Source: Dehalococcoidia bacterium (GTDB lineage Bacteria; Chloroflexota; Dehalococcoidia; Plut-88900). From it: a stretch of 64,000 bases of DNA. The notes beneath the pieces were generated by a model. That model saw only the letters and a program-made list of their open reading frames with translations. It was not told where the DNA came from and made no database searches. The first letter of the stretch is position 1; each line of letters begins with the position of its first letter. A program made the position numbers and the translations under genes. Of the stretch, positions 35,303 through 45,751 are shown in pieces. The stretch spans positions 1,280,001 through 1,344,000 of the forward strand of contig CBDBLV010000005.1 in assembly GCA_965207225.1 (NCBI GenBank), given 5' to 3'.

Positions 35303-35507
35303 GTTACCAGGGGGGATGCTATGGAAGGATGAGATTGGTGAGGAGAGAAGGGGGTTTAGGGAGGGGCGCTGTAGCTACCTCGCGGGGTCACGGGATGGGA
35401 GGGATGGACTTGTAGGGTACGGAGGTACCCGAGCCTCCCCCCGCCACCTGTGTGAATTCGACGGTTGCATGTGCCCGGCGGGACGCCCCACCTCCCCCAA
35501 CCCCTCT

Positions 35508-35710
35508 GGATTCCTGCCTCCGCAGGAATGACGGTGAGAAAGACGTGCGAGTAGTGAGAGTCGAGGTGGATCTACGGTGGGAAGTTGGAGATTCCTCGCG
35601 GGGCATCGGAATGGGAAGGGGGGATGTCGGGATGGCGATGGAGATACGGGACAGTGCAACAGAACTTGGCCCTCCACCGCTCATACTTCGACGGGACTCA
35701 GTATGGGGGG
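35508..35710 (-). repeat. REP mosaic R6 + R1 + R5
   Basis: GGATTCCTGCCTCCGCAGGAATGACG; AGATTCCTCGCGGGGCATCGGAATG; CCGCTCATACTTCGAC. Confidence 0.8.
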
Positions 35711-35736
35711 CCGATATGTCCCGGGGGGAGGGCTGA

Positions 35737-37434
35737 TTAGATGGAGAGCATGGATTGGGCTTCGGAGACGGCGTTGGAGAGGGGAGCCATGCGTTTTTGG
35801 AGGGTGGCACGGTCAGTGATTTCCACGGCGTCCTGCTTGAGGTTTCGGGGGCTGACGGTGAGGCGGACGGGGATGCCTAGAAGGTCGGCGTCGTTGAACT
35901 TGACGCCAGGGGACTCGTCCCGGTCGTCGTAAAGAACTTCGAGTCCGGCGGCCTGGAGGGAGTCGTAGAGTTGGTCTGCGGCCTCGGCGACGCCGGGCCT
36001 GTCCAGGGAGAGGGCGCAGATGTGGACATGATATGGGGCAATGGGGTGGGGCCAGACGATGCCGTGCTCGTCGTGGTTCTGCTCCATGGCGGCGGCCATG
36101 AGCCTACCTACTCCGATGCCGTAGCACCCCATGACGATGGGCCTCTGCCGGCCTTCCTGGTCGGAATAGTAGGCGCCGAGGGACTCGCTGAAGAAGGTGC
36201 CAAGCTTGAAGACGTGGCCAACCTCGATGCCGCGGGTGATGGTGAGGGGCGTTCCGCACTGGGTGCAGCCCTGGCCCGCTTCCACCTCGGCGATGTCAGT
36301 GATGGCATCGGCTCGGAAGTCACGGGGGTAGTTGGCGTTGAGGAGGTGGGTGTCGGGCTTGTTTGCCCCGACCACGAAGTTGTCGCCGAGCTCAATGGAG
36401 TCGTCGGCAATGCACTTGAGGTCGCCGCGGCCGATGGGAGAAGCAGAGCCAGCAACGAGACCAGAGCCCTTGACCTCTTCGTCGGTGGCGAGTCGGAGGT
36501 CGGTGGCGTGGAGGAGGTTCTTCAGCTTGACGTCGTTGACTTCGAGGTCGCCGCGGATGACTACAAAGACTATTTCGCCGTCGGCGGTGTAGAAGACGGC
36601 TTTCAAGGTTTTGGATTCGGGAACGCCGACGAATTCGGCGAGACCCTTGATGGTCTTGACGCCGGGGGTGGAGACTTCTTCAAGGGGCAAGGGGCCGGTC
36701 CTGGGCTGGTCGGACTTGACGCCCGAGGCCCGCTCCATGTTGGCGGCGAAACCACAGCCGGGACACTGGACGATCTGGTCCTCGCCGCTTTCGGCGATGA
36801 GGATGAATTCGTGGGAGTCCTTGCCGCCAATGGCGCCACTGTCGGCCTCAACGGCGAGGGCGGGAAGGCCGCAGCGGCGGTAGATGTTCCTGTAGGCCTG
36901 GACCATCTTGTCATAGCTGACATCGAGGCCCGCCTGGTCGACGTCCATGCTGTAGAGGTCTTTCATATCGAACTCACGGACGCGCATGAGGCCGGCGCGG
37001 GGTCGTGGCTCATCACGGAGCTTGGTCTGGATCTGGTAGGGCATGCGGGGCATGTCCTTGTAGCTGTGGATGTGCTGGATGGCCATCTGGGTGATGACCT
37101 CCTCGTGGGTCGGGGCGAGGCAGAGGGGGCGGCCGCGTCGGTCCTGCAGCTTGAAGAGGTTGTCCCCGAAGGCGGAGGCCCGGCCGCTGGTCTCCCAGAG
37201 CTCAAGGGGCTGGATGACGGGCATTTTGACTTCCTGCCCACCGGCGGCGTTCATCTCTTCTCGGATGATATTTTCGATCTTGCGAAGGACCCTCCATGCG
37301 ATGGGCATGTAGCTGTAGACGCCGGCGGAGACCTGGTGGACCATGCCGGCCTTGAGCATGAGCCGGTGGCTGTTGGATTCGGCCTCGGCGGGCTCGCTCC
37401 TGAGGGTCTTTCCGAACATCCGGGAGAGGCGCAT
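35737..37434 (-). CDS. proS: Proline--tRNA ligase (bacterial type with editing domain)
   Basis: LWETSGR, LAPTHEE, RDEPRPRAGLMRVREFDMKD, ADSGAIGG..SHEF, GIEVGHVFKLG, MGCYGIG. Confidence 0.97.
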   Translation of the reverse strand: MRLSRMFGKTLRSEPAEAESNSHRLMLKAGMVHQVSAGVYSYMPIAWRVLRKIENIIREEMNAAGGQEVKMPVIQPLELWETSGRASAFGDNLFKLQDRRGRPLCLAPTHEEVITQMAIQHIHSYKDMPRMPYQIQTKLRDEPRPRAGLMRVREFDMKDLYSMDVDQAGLDVSYDKMVQAYRNIYRRCGLPALAVEADSGAIGGKDSHEFILIAESGEDQIVQCPGCGFAANMERASGVKSDQPRTGPLPLEEVSTPGVKTIKGLAEFVGVPESKTLKAVFYTADGEIVFVVIRGDLEVNDVKLKNLLHATDLRLATDEEVKGSGLVAGSASPIGRGDLKCIADDSIELGDNFVVGANKPDTHLLNANYPRDFRADAITDIAEVEAGQGCTQCGTPLTITRGIEVGHVFKLGTFFSESLGAYYSDQEGRQRPIVMGCYGIGVGRLMAAAMEQNHDEHGIVWPHPIAPYHVHICALSLDRPGVAEAADQLYDSLQAAGLEVLYDDRDESPGVKFNDADLLGIPVRLTVSPRNLKQDAVEITDRATLQKRMAPLSNAVSEAQSMLSI

Positions 37435-37565
37435 GTGTGGCTCCTGAGGTCTAGGTAGGTGGGAATTGTAGCACCTGGAGGCTAGCCGCTAAGGGAAGGG
37501 TTACATAAACTACAATCGGAGAGTCCTGGGCTTGAAGTCCGAGGAGTCCCGGAATACATAGGGTT

Positions 37566-38297
37566 ATGAATAAGCCGTTGCCGGTCTTAGTATCGTGGTC
37601 GTCGGGGAAGGACTCGGCGTGGGCGCTGCATACCCTACGGCAACAGCCTGAGAAGTACGAGGTCAGGGGGATTTTCACGACGGTGACCTCGATGTTCGAC
37701 CGGGTGTCTCTGCACTCTACGCCTGGGTGGATATTACGGGTGCAGGCGGAGCGGCTCGGGCTGCCGTTGTACGAGGTTCCGATTCCGTATCCCTGCCCTA
37801 ACGAGGCATACGAAGAGGCGATGAGGTTATTCCTGGACAGGATACTGACACTCCCTGAAGGGGAATCAGCGCGCCACCTGGCTTTCGGGGACCTGTTCCT
37901 GGAGGACATTCGCGGCTACAGAGAAGAGAAGCTGAGGCGCACGGGGTTCACCCCGATTTTTCCGATCTGGGGTAGTGATACGAGCGAGCTGGCGATGCGG
38001 ATGACGGGGTCGGGGCTGAAGGCTGTGGTCACGGCTGTGAATACGGCGGCGCTACCGGCGGAGTTTGCGGGTCGGTGGTTCGACCAGCAGTTTCTGGCTG
38101 ATTTGCCGTCGGGGGTGGACCCCCTGGGGGAGAACGGGGAGTTTCACACTTGCGTGGTAGACGGCCCGATGTTCTCCATGCCCATCGACGTGCGACCGGG
38201 CAAGGTGGTCCAACGTGAGATTGTGCTAAAGGCCGATGAGGACGACAACGATCTGGTCAATCCAGTCTACACCTACGCTGATGTGGAACGGGCCTAG
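37566..38297 (+). CDS. PP-loop ATPase, diphthine--ammonia ligase (MJ0570) family
   Basis: SWSSGKDS, FGDLFLEDIR.YRE, VDPLGENGEFHT.V.DGP. Confidence 0.87.
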   Translation: MNKPLPVLVSWSSGKDSAWALHTLRQQPEKYEVRGIFTTVTSMFDRVSLHSTPGWILRVQAERLGLPLYEVPIPYPCPNEAYEEAMRLFLDRILTLPEGESARHLAFGDLFLEDIRGYREEKLRRTGFTPIFPIWGSDTSELAMRMTGSGLKAVVTAVNTAALPAEFAGRWFDQQFLADLPSGVDPLGENGEFHTCVVDGPMFSMPIDVRPGKVVQREIVLKADEDDNDLVNPVYTYADVERA

Positions 38298-38303
38298 TGC
38301 AAA

Positions 38304-38987
38304 TTGGTTGACGGCGTGTTAAACATCGCACATAGGGGATATACGAGGGAATGGCCGGGAAATACGCTGGAGGCGATAGAGGCGGCGATTGGGCTGGGGG
38401 TGGATGCGGTGGAGGTGGACGTGCGGGAGACTGCAGATGGGTGTTTTATCCTGGCGCACGATGCGACTATTGAAGGTCGAACCATTGGGGATATGACGCT
38501 GCCAGAACTCATGGGAATTGATGTGGGGCTGAGGTGTCGGGTCCCGACGCTGGAGGAGGCGTTGGACGTGTGTCGGGGGGAGGTGGGGGTGGTGCTGGAG
38601 TTGAAGGATGTGAAGTCGATAGGGTGGTTTTTGGAGATTATTAAGGGGTCGGGGGAGGAGGGGCGGGTGGGGGTCTGTTCTTTTTACCCGGCGCTATTGA
38701 GGAAGGTGAAGGAGTCGGGGCTACGGATGGGGTTGATTGTGGATGCGCTGCCCCGGGAGCCAGTGGAGGTGTTGGAGGGGCTGGGGTGTGAGGTTATCGG
38801 GGTGCGGGCGCCTCACATCACGGCGTCGTTGGTGACTGAGGTGCAAGCCTCGGGGAAGATGGTGTTCGGGTGGGGGGTGGAGGATGACTCGGGAGTGGAC
38901 AGGTTGATGGGGATGGGGGTGGATGGGTTGGTGTCGGACTTTCCGGATGTGGTGAGGGGGAGGGTAAGCGTAAACCTGGACACTTAG
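38304..38987 (+). CDS. Glycerophosphodiester phosphodiesterase family protein
   Basis: IAHRG, GNTLEA, VEVDVR.T.DG...HD, VPTLEE, LELK, GVDGLVSDFP. Confidence 0.87.
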   Translation: MVDGVLNIAHRGYTREWPGNTLEAIEAAIGLGVDAVEVDVRETADGCFILAHDATIEGRTIGDMTLPELMGIDVGLRCRVPTLEEALDVCRGEVGVVLELKDVKSIGWFLEIIKGSGEEGRVGVCSFYPALLRKVKESGLRMGLIVDALPREPVEVLEGLGCEVIGVRAPHITASLVTEVQASGKMVFGWGVEDDSGVDRLMGMGVDGLVSDFPDVVRGRVSVNLDT

Positions 38988-39004
38988 TCTGGTGTGGTCC
39001 CACC

Positions 39005-39081
39005 CCGCTCATACTTCGAGAGCCTCAGCACGAGCGGCCCCACCCCGGGGACGGATTCCGGCTCGGGGGCCGGAATGACGG
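39005..39081 (-). repeat. Composite R5+R6 repeat
   Basis: Near-identical to 51487-51565. Confidence 0.85.
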
Positions 39082-39084
39082 ATG

Positions 39085-40308
39085 TTAGTTGAGGGAGTTG
39101 GGGCCCCAGCGGGTTTCGACGTAGTCTTCGACCATCTGGACGAAGTCGTTGGCGATGGTGGGGCCTTCGAGGAAGGTCTGGCGTTTGCCGTCTACGAAGA
39201 CGGGGGCGCGAGGAGATTCGCCGGTACCGGGGAGAGAGATGCCGATATCGGCGATGCGGGACTCGCCGGGGCCGTTAACCACACATCCCATCACGGCAAC
39301 CTTGAGGGTCTCGGCGCCGGCATAGCGGGACTTCCATTCGGGCATCTTGTTGTCGAGGTGCTGCTGGATGTCCCGGGCGAGTTCCCGGAAAAGGGTGGAG
39401 GTGGTGCGGCCGCAGCCGGGGCAGGCTGTTACTGCGGGTCGGAAGGAGCGGAGGCCGAGGGATTGAAGGACCTCCTGGCAGAGGCGAACTTCCCGGGCGC
39501 GATCTCCGCCGGGCTCGGGAGTCAGGCTGGAGCGGATAGTGTCTCCGATACCTTCGTATAGGAGGATAGAGAGAGCGGAGGTGGTGGCGACGATGCCTTT
39601 TGTGCCCATTCCGGCCTCGGTGAGTCCGAGGTGCAGGGGGAAGTCGCATTGTCGGGAGATTTCCCGGTAGGCCTCGACCATCTGATTAAGGCGGGAGACC
39701 TTGCAAGAGATTATGATCTTGTCTTCGGGGAGTCCAAGGTCTACGGCGGCGGAAGCGCTGGATATGGCGCTTTCTACTAGCGCTTCGCGTTCGACTTCGT
39801 CGCCGGTTAGGGGGTCAGGGTTGCGGGAGTTTTCGTCCATCTTCCTGGCCAGGATGTCGGGGTCCAGACTGCCGGCGTTGACGCCGATGCGGACGGGCTT
39901 ATCGAGGTCACGGGCGACTTCAATGAAGGTTGTGAAGTTCTGGTCGTGGCGGGGGCCTCGTCCGACGTTGCCAGGGTTGATCCTGAACTTGGCGAGGGTC
40001 CGGGCGCAGTCGGGGTGGGTGCGGAGGAGTCGGTGGCCGATGAAGTGGAAGTCGCCTATTAGTGGCACGGTACAACCGATGTCATCCAAACGTTCACGGA
40101 TGCGGGGTACGGCATCTGCAGCGGCATCGTTGTTGACGGTTACACGTACGAGCTCGGAGCCGGCGTCGGCGAGGAGTTTGACCTGGGAGACAGTGGCGTC
40201 AATGTCGGCGGTGTCTGTGTCGGTCATGGACTGGACGACTATCCGGCTGCCGCCGCCGATGGGAACACCGCCTACGTATACTTGCTTGGTGAGGCGTCGG
40301 TTGCTCAT
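39085..40308 (-). CDS. ispG: (E)-4-hydroxy-3-methylbut-2-enyl diphosphate synthase
   Basis: [62 protein letters not shown]. Confidence 0.96.
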   Translation of the reverse strand: MSNRRLTKQVYVGGVPIGGGSRIVVQSMTDTDTADIDATVSQVKLLADAGSELVRVTVNNDAAADAVPRIRERLDDIGCTVPLIGDFHFIGHRLLRTHPDCARTLAKFRINPGNVGRGPRHDQNFTTFIEVARDLDKPVRIGVNAGSLDPDILARKMDENSRNPDPLTGDEVEREALVESAISSASAAVDLGLPEDKIIISCKVSRLNQMVEAYREISRQCDFPLHLGLTEAGMGTKGIVATTSALSILLYEGIGDTIRSSLTPEPGGDRAREVRLCQEVLQSLGLRSFRPAVTACPGCGRTTSTLFRELARDIQQHLDNKMPEWKSRYAGAETLKVAVMGCVVNGPGESRIADIGISLPGTGESPRAPVFVDGKRQTFLEGPTIANDFVQMVEDYVETRWGPNSLN

Positions 40309-40330
40309 GTAGATATTTTAGCAGTCGGGG

Positions 40331-41080
40331 CTACTGGGCGGTAATACCGCCGTCCACGACGAGTTCCGAGCCTGTAACGAAAGAGGACTCGTCGGAGGCG
40401 AGGAAGAGGATAACGTTGGCGACTTCCTCGGGTTCTCCGAAGCGGCCCATGGGGACCCGGGCGAGATTGTCGGCAAGCTTGTCCGGGAAGTCCATCACCT
40501 CGTGCATCATGGGTGCGTTGATGGGGCCCGGGTGGACGGAGTTAGCCCTAACGCCGAGCTTTGCGTTCTGGATGGCGGTTGACTTGGTGAAGATCCGCAC
40601 CGCGGCCTTGGACGCGCCATAGGATGCGGTATTGGGCCCCGCGACGATGCCGGCAGTGGAGGAGAGGTTGACTATGGACCCGTTGCCGTGGCGCTTCATC
40701 TCGGAGAGGACGGCCTTGGTGCCGAGAAAGACGCCCTTGGCATTGACGGCCATGGTGCGGTCCCAGAGGTCTGCGGTCTCGTCCTCTATGCGGTCACGCC
40801 TGATGACGCCTGCGTTGTTAACGAGGATGTCGAGCTTGCCGTAGCGGTCTATGGCGAGGGCAACGGCGTCGGCCCAGGCGGACTCGGAGGTGACATCGAG
40901 GGGGGTGAAGGAGATTTCGCCGCCGGAATGCCGGATTTCGTCGGTGAGGAGCCGGCCTTCTTCTAGGAGAACGTCACCGACGACAACGGAAGCGCCTTCG
41001 GTGGCGAAGCGACGGGCGACGGCAGCGCCGATGCCTCGGGCCCCGCCGGAAATGAGAGCTACTTTTCCTTCAAGCCTCAT
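40331..41080 (-). CDS. Short-chain dehydrogenase/reductase
   Basis: SGGARGIG, NNAG, YGASK, VRANSVHPG. Confidence 0.92.
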   Translation of the reverse strand: MRLEGKVALISGGARGIGAAVARRFATEGASVVVGDVLLEEGRLLTDEIRHSGGEISFTPLDVTSESAWADAVALAIDRYGKLDILVNNAGVIRRDRIEDETADLWDRTMAVNAKGVFLGTKAVLSEMKRHGNGSIVNLSSTAGIVAGPNTASYGASKAAVRIFTKSTAIQNAKLGVRANSVHPGPINAPMMHEVMDFPDKLADNLARVPMGRFGEPEEVANVILFLASDESSFVTGSELVVDGGITAQ

Positions 41081-41176
41081 GATGGTTGCTCCTTGGGTGA
41101 GAACCTTTTGCCGTCCCTGAGCCGTTACTGTATTGCCAGATACGAGTGCTAGAAAACTGCGGGAACTAAATGAGGT

Positions 41177-41926
41177 CTACCGGGCGTTGATACCTCCGTC
41201 GATGATGAGTTCGGAGCCGGTCATGAAAGAGGACTCGTCGGAGGCGAGGAAGAGGACGGCGCTGGCAATTTCGTCGGGCTGGCCGAGCCTCTCCATGGGG
41301 ACCATTAATTCGAGCTGTCGCACCTTTTCGGGGAATGGCAGAAATTCCTGAATCAGGGGGGCATTGACGGGCCCCGGGTGTACGGAGTTGGCGCGGACCC
41401 CGAATGAAACGTTCTGAATGGCGGTGGACTTGGTGAAGAGCCGGACGGCGGCCTTGGAAGCACCGTAGATGGCGGAGTTGGGGCTGCCGATGTTCCCGTA
41501 GGACGATGACATATTGACTATGGCGCCATTGCCATGGCGTTTCATTTCAGGAAGGACGGCTTTGGTCCCAAGGAAGACGCCCTTGGCATTTATCTCGAAG
41601 ATGCGGTCCCAGCTTTCGGCGGTCTCGTTTTCTATGAGTTCACGTTTTGTGACTCCGGCGTTGTTGACGAGGATGTCGAGCTTGCGGTAACGGTCGATGG
41701 TGAGGGCTACGGCGTCGGCCCAGGAGGATTCGGAGGTGACGTCCAGAGGCGTGAAGGTTATGTTGGCGCCGGACTGCTGAAGCTCAGCGGCTAGAGTCCG
41801 GCCTTCTTCGACAAGGATGTCGCCTATTACGACGGATGCGCCTTCGGCGATGAAGCGTCGGGCGATGGCGGCGCCGATGCCTCGGGCGCCGCCGGAGATG
41901 AGGGCTACCTTTTCCGGGAGTCTCAA
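41177..41926 (-). CDS. Short-chain dehydrogenase/reductase (close tandem paralog)
   Basis: GGAGGAG RBS + TTG start; highly similar to 40331..41080. Confidence 0.9.
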   Translation of the reverse strand: MRLPEKVALISGGARGIGAAIARRFIAEGASVVIGDILVEEGRTLAAELQQSGANITFTPLDVTSESSWADAVALTIDRYRKLDILVNNAGVTKRELIENETAESWDRIFEINAKGVFLGTKAVLPEMKRHGNGAIVNMSSSYGNIGSPNSAIYGASKAAVRLFTKSTAIQNVSFGVRANSVHPGPVNAPLIQEFLPFPEKVRQLELMVPMERLGQPDEIASAVLFLASDESSFMTGSELIIDGGINAR

Positions 41927-41945
41927 ACCGACTCCTCCGGCTGAA

Positions 41946-43196
41946 CTAGGATGGTTGCGGCGGAGGGACCGGGATGTGTTTGACGAAACGATCGTCAAAG
42001 GGGGCGTGAGAGAGAACCTCGGGGCCGTTCCTGGTGATGAGGATCTCCTCTTCCAGCTTGACGCTCTCCCTAGCCCCGCGCTTGCTGGCCAGGCCTTCAA
42101 GGGAGAGGACCATGTTTTCCTGGAGGACCTCGTCGTCGTTGCCGAAGCCGCTCCAGGACTGGTCGGGCCAGTAGATGCAGGGCCATTCGTCGGACATGCC
42201 GTCGCCGTGGGCGATCATGGGGTAGCGCTGGTACTTGTACTCCTCGGGATACTCGGGGCACTTTTCGGCGATTTCCTGGAAGTGGGCGCCAACCTGGAAA
42301 TGTTTCAGGGACTCGTAGATGAAGTTGTAGCCGAGCTTGTAGGCTTCCATCTGCTCGTCGTTGGGGGGGCCGTCGCCGCAGAGGTAGGTGCGGGAGAAGT
42401 CGGCGAAGTAGCCCATGGGTCCGGACATGTCGGTGTCGTAACCGACGAGGTCACCGGGGCGAACTATTCGGTCGGTGGATCCCTGACCCCAGGGGTTGGT
42501 GTTGCCGCCCGCGGAGAGGAGCCGGGCGTCCATATGCTCACCGCCGTGCTTGAGGTTGGTGTAGGTCATGACGGCGAATAGCTCCTGCTCGGTGACGCCG
42601 GGCTTGATGGCGTCCCGGACTGCGCAGATGGAGATATCGGCGACGGCGCATGCCTGGCGGATGAGGGAGACCTCGTCTTCGGTCTTAATGGATCGGGCGC
42701 GTTCGAAGGGGATGCGGGCGTCGGCGAGGGGAATCTCGTGATTGCGAAGGGACTCCATGCTGTTGAAATCGAGCCTGTCGAAGCCCAGCCGCTGTCCAAG
42801 AATGCCCTTCTCCTTGAGTACAGACGTGATGCGGTCGCCCCAGAGTCGGGCGGCGTCCTCGGCGTACTGACCGGCGGGGAAGAACTCGAACAGGGTGCCT
42901 TTCTCAAGGGCCCAGGAGCCGTCGTCAGCATATTCGGAGAGCCAGGGTTCACCTTCCTGGGGGACGATGGCGTACTGGCCGAAGGTCCGCATTCCGAAGA
43001 CTCCAGCATGGCGGTGACCGGTGGCGTAGCGGATGTTGACGGGGTCGAAAATGAGGATGCCGCCGAGGTCGGCCTTGGCCATTTCGGCCTGGAGCCGGGC
43101 GAGGCGCTCTCTCTTGAGTCGGGCGACGTCTACTCGTTCGTCAAAGTCGACGGTCTCCTGGCCGAGCAGGTCACGATTGGAACCGAAACGCACCAT
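41946..43196 (-). CDS. M24 metallopeptidase family, DddP (DMSP lyase)-like
   Basis: FDPVNIRYATG, RLLSAG.NTNPW, DTD..G..GY.AD.SRT, HG.GMSDEWP, VKLEEEILIT. Confidence 0.8.
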   Translation of the reverse strand: MVRFGSNRDLLGQETVDFDERVDVARLKRERLARLQAEMAKADLGGILIFDPVNIRYATGHRHAGVFGMRTFGQYAIVPQEGEPWLSEYADDGSWALEKGTLFEFFPAGQYAEDAARLWGDRITSVLKEKGILGQRLGFDRLDFNSMESLRNHEIPLADARIPFERARSIKTEDEVSLIRQACAVADISICAVRDAIKPGVTEQELFAVMTYTNLKHGGEHMDARLLSAGGNTNPWGQGSTDRIVRPGDLVGYDTDMSGPMGYFADFSRTYLCGDGPPNDEQMEAYKLGYNFIYESLKHFQVGAHFQEIAEKCPEYPEEYKYQRYPMIAHGDGMSDEWPCIYWPDQSWSGFGNDDEVLQENMVLSLEGLASKRGARESVKLEEEILITRNGPEVLSHAPFDDRFVKHIPVPPPQPS

Positions 43197-43313
43197 GAGG
43201 GCACCTCCGCTGGTTAGTAGGGCTGGCGTCGGGGGTGATTATACTACCGGTGGGGGTGTTTGTGGTTATGGGTGGGGAGGTCTTGCGAGGAGTTATGCGA
43301 GTAGGTAAGTCCT

Positions 43314-43474
43314 AGATTCCTCGCGGGGCCTCGGAATGACAGGGATGTTCGGAGGCAGGGTAGAAGAGTGTTGATAGTCAGATCGGCGTGGGCCTCCCCC
43401 CGCTCGACCCTTCGACGCCGCTCAGGGTGAGCGGCCCCACGCCACCCCGGGCAACCGCAAGGGATTGCCCTTAC
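43314..43474 (-). repeat. REP mosaic R1 + R5 + R4
   Basis: R1 at 43314-43341, R5 at about 43400-43437, R4 at 43449-43474. Confidence 0.8.
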
Positions 43475-43491
43475 AGGGGATGGGGAGGGGG

Positions 43492-44610
43492 TTAGGGGAG
43501 GAACTGTTCGCCGCGTATCAGGCGGCCGATGTCGTTGAAGCTGATTACAACTATGACGGCTATGAGGAACATGAAGCCCATCAGGTGGACCAGGGCTTCG
43601 CGCTTGGGTGCGATGCGGCGGCCGCCGCGAAAGGCTTCGATGATGACGAAGAGGAGTCGGCCACCGTCGAGGGCAGGGATGGGGAGAAGGTTGAAGAAGG
43701 CAAGGTTCAGGCTGAGAATGGCGACAAATCCGATAAAGGGGAGGACTCCGGTCCTGGCTACCTCTCCGGTAACCTGGGCGATGCCGATGGGCCCGGCAAG
43801 GCCCTCCCGGCCTTCGGTGGAGGTGAAGATGTTGCCTATGGATTCCCCGATGGTGGTGACGAACCGGTAGACCTGGACGAAGGACTCGGGAATGACGCTG
43901 AGGCTGGGGCTGAAGCGGGTCACGACTTCTCCGCCGGACACGCCGACACCGATGCCCATAGGCCCCTGGTCGGGGGGAGGGTTGGCGCGCGGGATTAGCC
44001 TAACTATAACGGGGGTGTTGCCACGGGCCATGAGAAAGGAGACCTCCTGCCCGAGGTTGTCCTGAGTGTAGTCAGTGACGTCCCGGAGGGACTGGATTTC
44101 CGTGCCTCCGTAGGGGTCAGCGTCCTCGGGCTGGTCCAGGAGCTGCAGGGTTGAACCTTCAAAGGAAAGATCACTGCGCAGGAAGACGTCCCCGGGGAGC
44201 ATACCCGCTGCGTAGGCAGGGGAGCCGGGTTCGACGCGGGCGACGATTACCTGGGTGCCGACGACCTCGGGCGGGAAGGTGAAGAAGACTGCGAATAGGA
44301 CAAGAGTGAGGGCCAGGTTCATGAAAATGCCGGCCAGGAGGATGGTGACTCGGACGCGGATGCTGCGGGTGGCGAGGCTGCGGGGGTCTGTGGGATCTTC
44401 CTCGCCGGTTAGCTTTACGTAACCGCCTATGGGGATGGCGTTTATGCTGTAACGGGTCTCACCACGCACCACAGAGGCGATGCGGGGCGGGAAGCCGAGG
44501 GCGAACTCCTCGACGCGGACGTTGAAGGCTCGGGCTGCAATGAAATGCCCGAATTCGTGGATGACGATGAGGACGCTGATGACGATGAAGAAAAGGAGGA
44601 CGGTGGTCAT
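43492..44610 (-). CDS. rseP: RIP metalloprotease RseP (M50 + PDZ)
   Basis: HEFGH, PIGGYV, PDZ domain, GPIGI, NLLPIPALDGG. Confidence 0.93.
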   Translation of the reverse strand: MTTVLLFFIVISVLIVIHEFGHFIAARAFNVRVEEFALGFPPRIASVVRGETRYSINAIPIGGYVKLTGEEDPTDPRSLATRSIRVRVTILLAGIFMNLALTLVLFAVFFTFPPEVVGTQVIVARVEPGSPAYAAGMLPGDVFLRSDLSFEGSTLQLLDQPEDADPYGGTEIQSLRDVTDYTQDNLGQEVSFLMARGNTPVIVRLIPRANPPPDQGPMGIGVGVSGGEVVTRFSPSLSVIPESFVQVYRFVTTIGESIGNIFTSTEGREGLAGPIGIAQVTGEVARTGVLPFIGFVAILSLNLAFFNLLPIPALDGGRLLFVIIEAFRGGRRIAPKREALVHLMGFMFLIAVIVVISFNDIGRLIRGEQFLP

Positions 44611-44623
44611 CGGGGCTGGGTGG

Positions 44624-45751
44624 TCAGCCGGAAGCCATGTCTCGGGCCCAGCGGTCGGCAGCGAGGATGTCCTGGAAGGAAGGTTCGAAGACGGGGTCGT
44701 GGCGCTCGAGAACCTTTTCGACGACACGGAAGATGTCGTTAAAGCCGATGCGACGGTCTAGGAAGAGACGGACGGCGACTTCGTCGGCGGCGCTGAGGAC
44801 GGCGGGGTAGGTGCCACCCTTCTTGCCTGCGTCGACGGCGAGGGTGAAGCAGGGGTATCGGTTGGTGTCGAGCTCCTGGAAGGTAAGTTCCAGAGTGGAT
44901 AAAGAACCCATGCGGGGGGTGTGGCCGTTGTACCAGCGCTCGGGGTGGGAGAGGGCGTACTGGATGGGGAGCCGCATGTCGGTGGGGCCGATCTGGGCCT
45001 TGACGGAGCCGTCGGAGAATTCGACGAAGGAGTGGACGGTGCTCTGGGGATGGACCACGACTTCGATCTTTTCGTAGGGCATGTCAAAGAGCCAGTGGGA
45101 CTCGATGACCTCAAAGCCCTTGTTCATGAGGGTGGAGGAATCGATGGTGATCTTGTTGCCCATCTTCCAGGTCGGGTGGCGGAGGGCTTCGTCGGGTGTG
45201 ACGTCCTGGAGTTCGTCGATGGGGCGCTGGCGGAAGGGACCGCCGGATGCGGTGAGAACGAGTCGGGAGACGTCACCCTCGCCCTGGAGACACTGCCAGA
45301 TGGCGCTGGGCTCGCTGTCGACGGGGATGATTTCCGCTCCCGAGGCTTTGGCCTCCTTGACGACCAGCTCTCCAGCGGAAACGATGACTTCCTTGTTGGA
45401 AAGGACGACACGCTTGCCGGCACGCAGGGCGGCGAGGGTCGGTTCGAGGCCGATGCGTCCGAAGGTTGCCATGACGACGATATCGACATCGGGGTGGGAG
45501 GCGATTTCCTCTGGGGAGGACCACTGGGAGGAGTCAGCGATCAAGGCGCGGGTGTCGGAGGAGGGGTTAAGGGAGCAGGCGAAGTCGGGGGAGAACTCCG
45601 AAAGCTGCCGGTTGAAGAGAGAGGTGTTGCGCCCGGCGGTCAAGCCGATGACCCTGAACCGGCCCGGAAAGGCGCGCACGATGTCCAGGGTCTGGGTGCC
45701 TATGGAGCCCGTGGAGCCGAGGACGGCAAGGCCTTTTATCCCGTCAGTCAT
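44624..45751 (-). CDS. dxr: 1-deoxy-D-xylulose-5-phosphate reductoisomerase
   Basis: LGSTGSIGTQTL, NKE, PVDSE, LTASGGPF, HPTWKMG.KITIDS. Confidence 0.96.
   Translation of the reverse strand: MTDGIKGLAVLGSTGSIGTQTLDIVRAFPGRFRVIGLTAGRNTSLFNRQLSEFSPDFACSLNPSSDTRALIADSSQWSSPEEIASHPDVDIVVMATFGRIGLEPTLAALRAGKRVVLSNKEVIVSAGELVVKEAKASGAEIIPVDSEPSAIWQCLQGEGDVSRLVLTASGGPFRQRPIDELQDVTPDEALRHPTWKMGNKITIDSSTLMNKGFEVIESHWLFDMPYEKIEVVVHPQSTVHSFVEFSDGSVKAQIGPTDMRLPIQYALSHPERWYNGHTPRMGSLSTLELTFQELDTNRYPCFTLAVDAGKKGGTYPAVLSAADEVAVRLFLDRRIGFNDIFRVVEKVLERHDPVFEPSFQDILAADRWARDMASG

Noticed and set aside
35971-37458. 495-aa + strand ORF, and many similar long ORFs (e.g. 23295-24269 part, 44921-45760, 47999-48928, 49305-50171, 53148-54119)
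   Set aside because: Antisense or alternate-frame shadows of well-supported genes, caused by GC-rich codon bias; no motifs.
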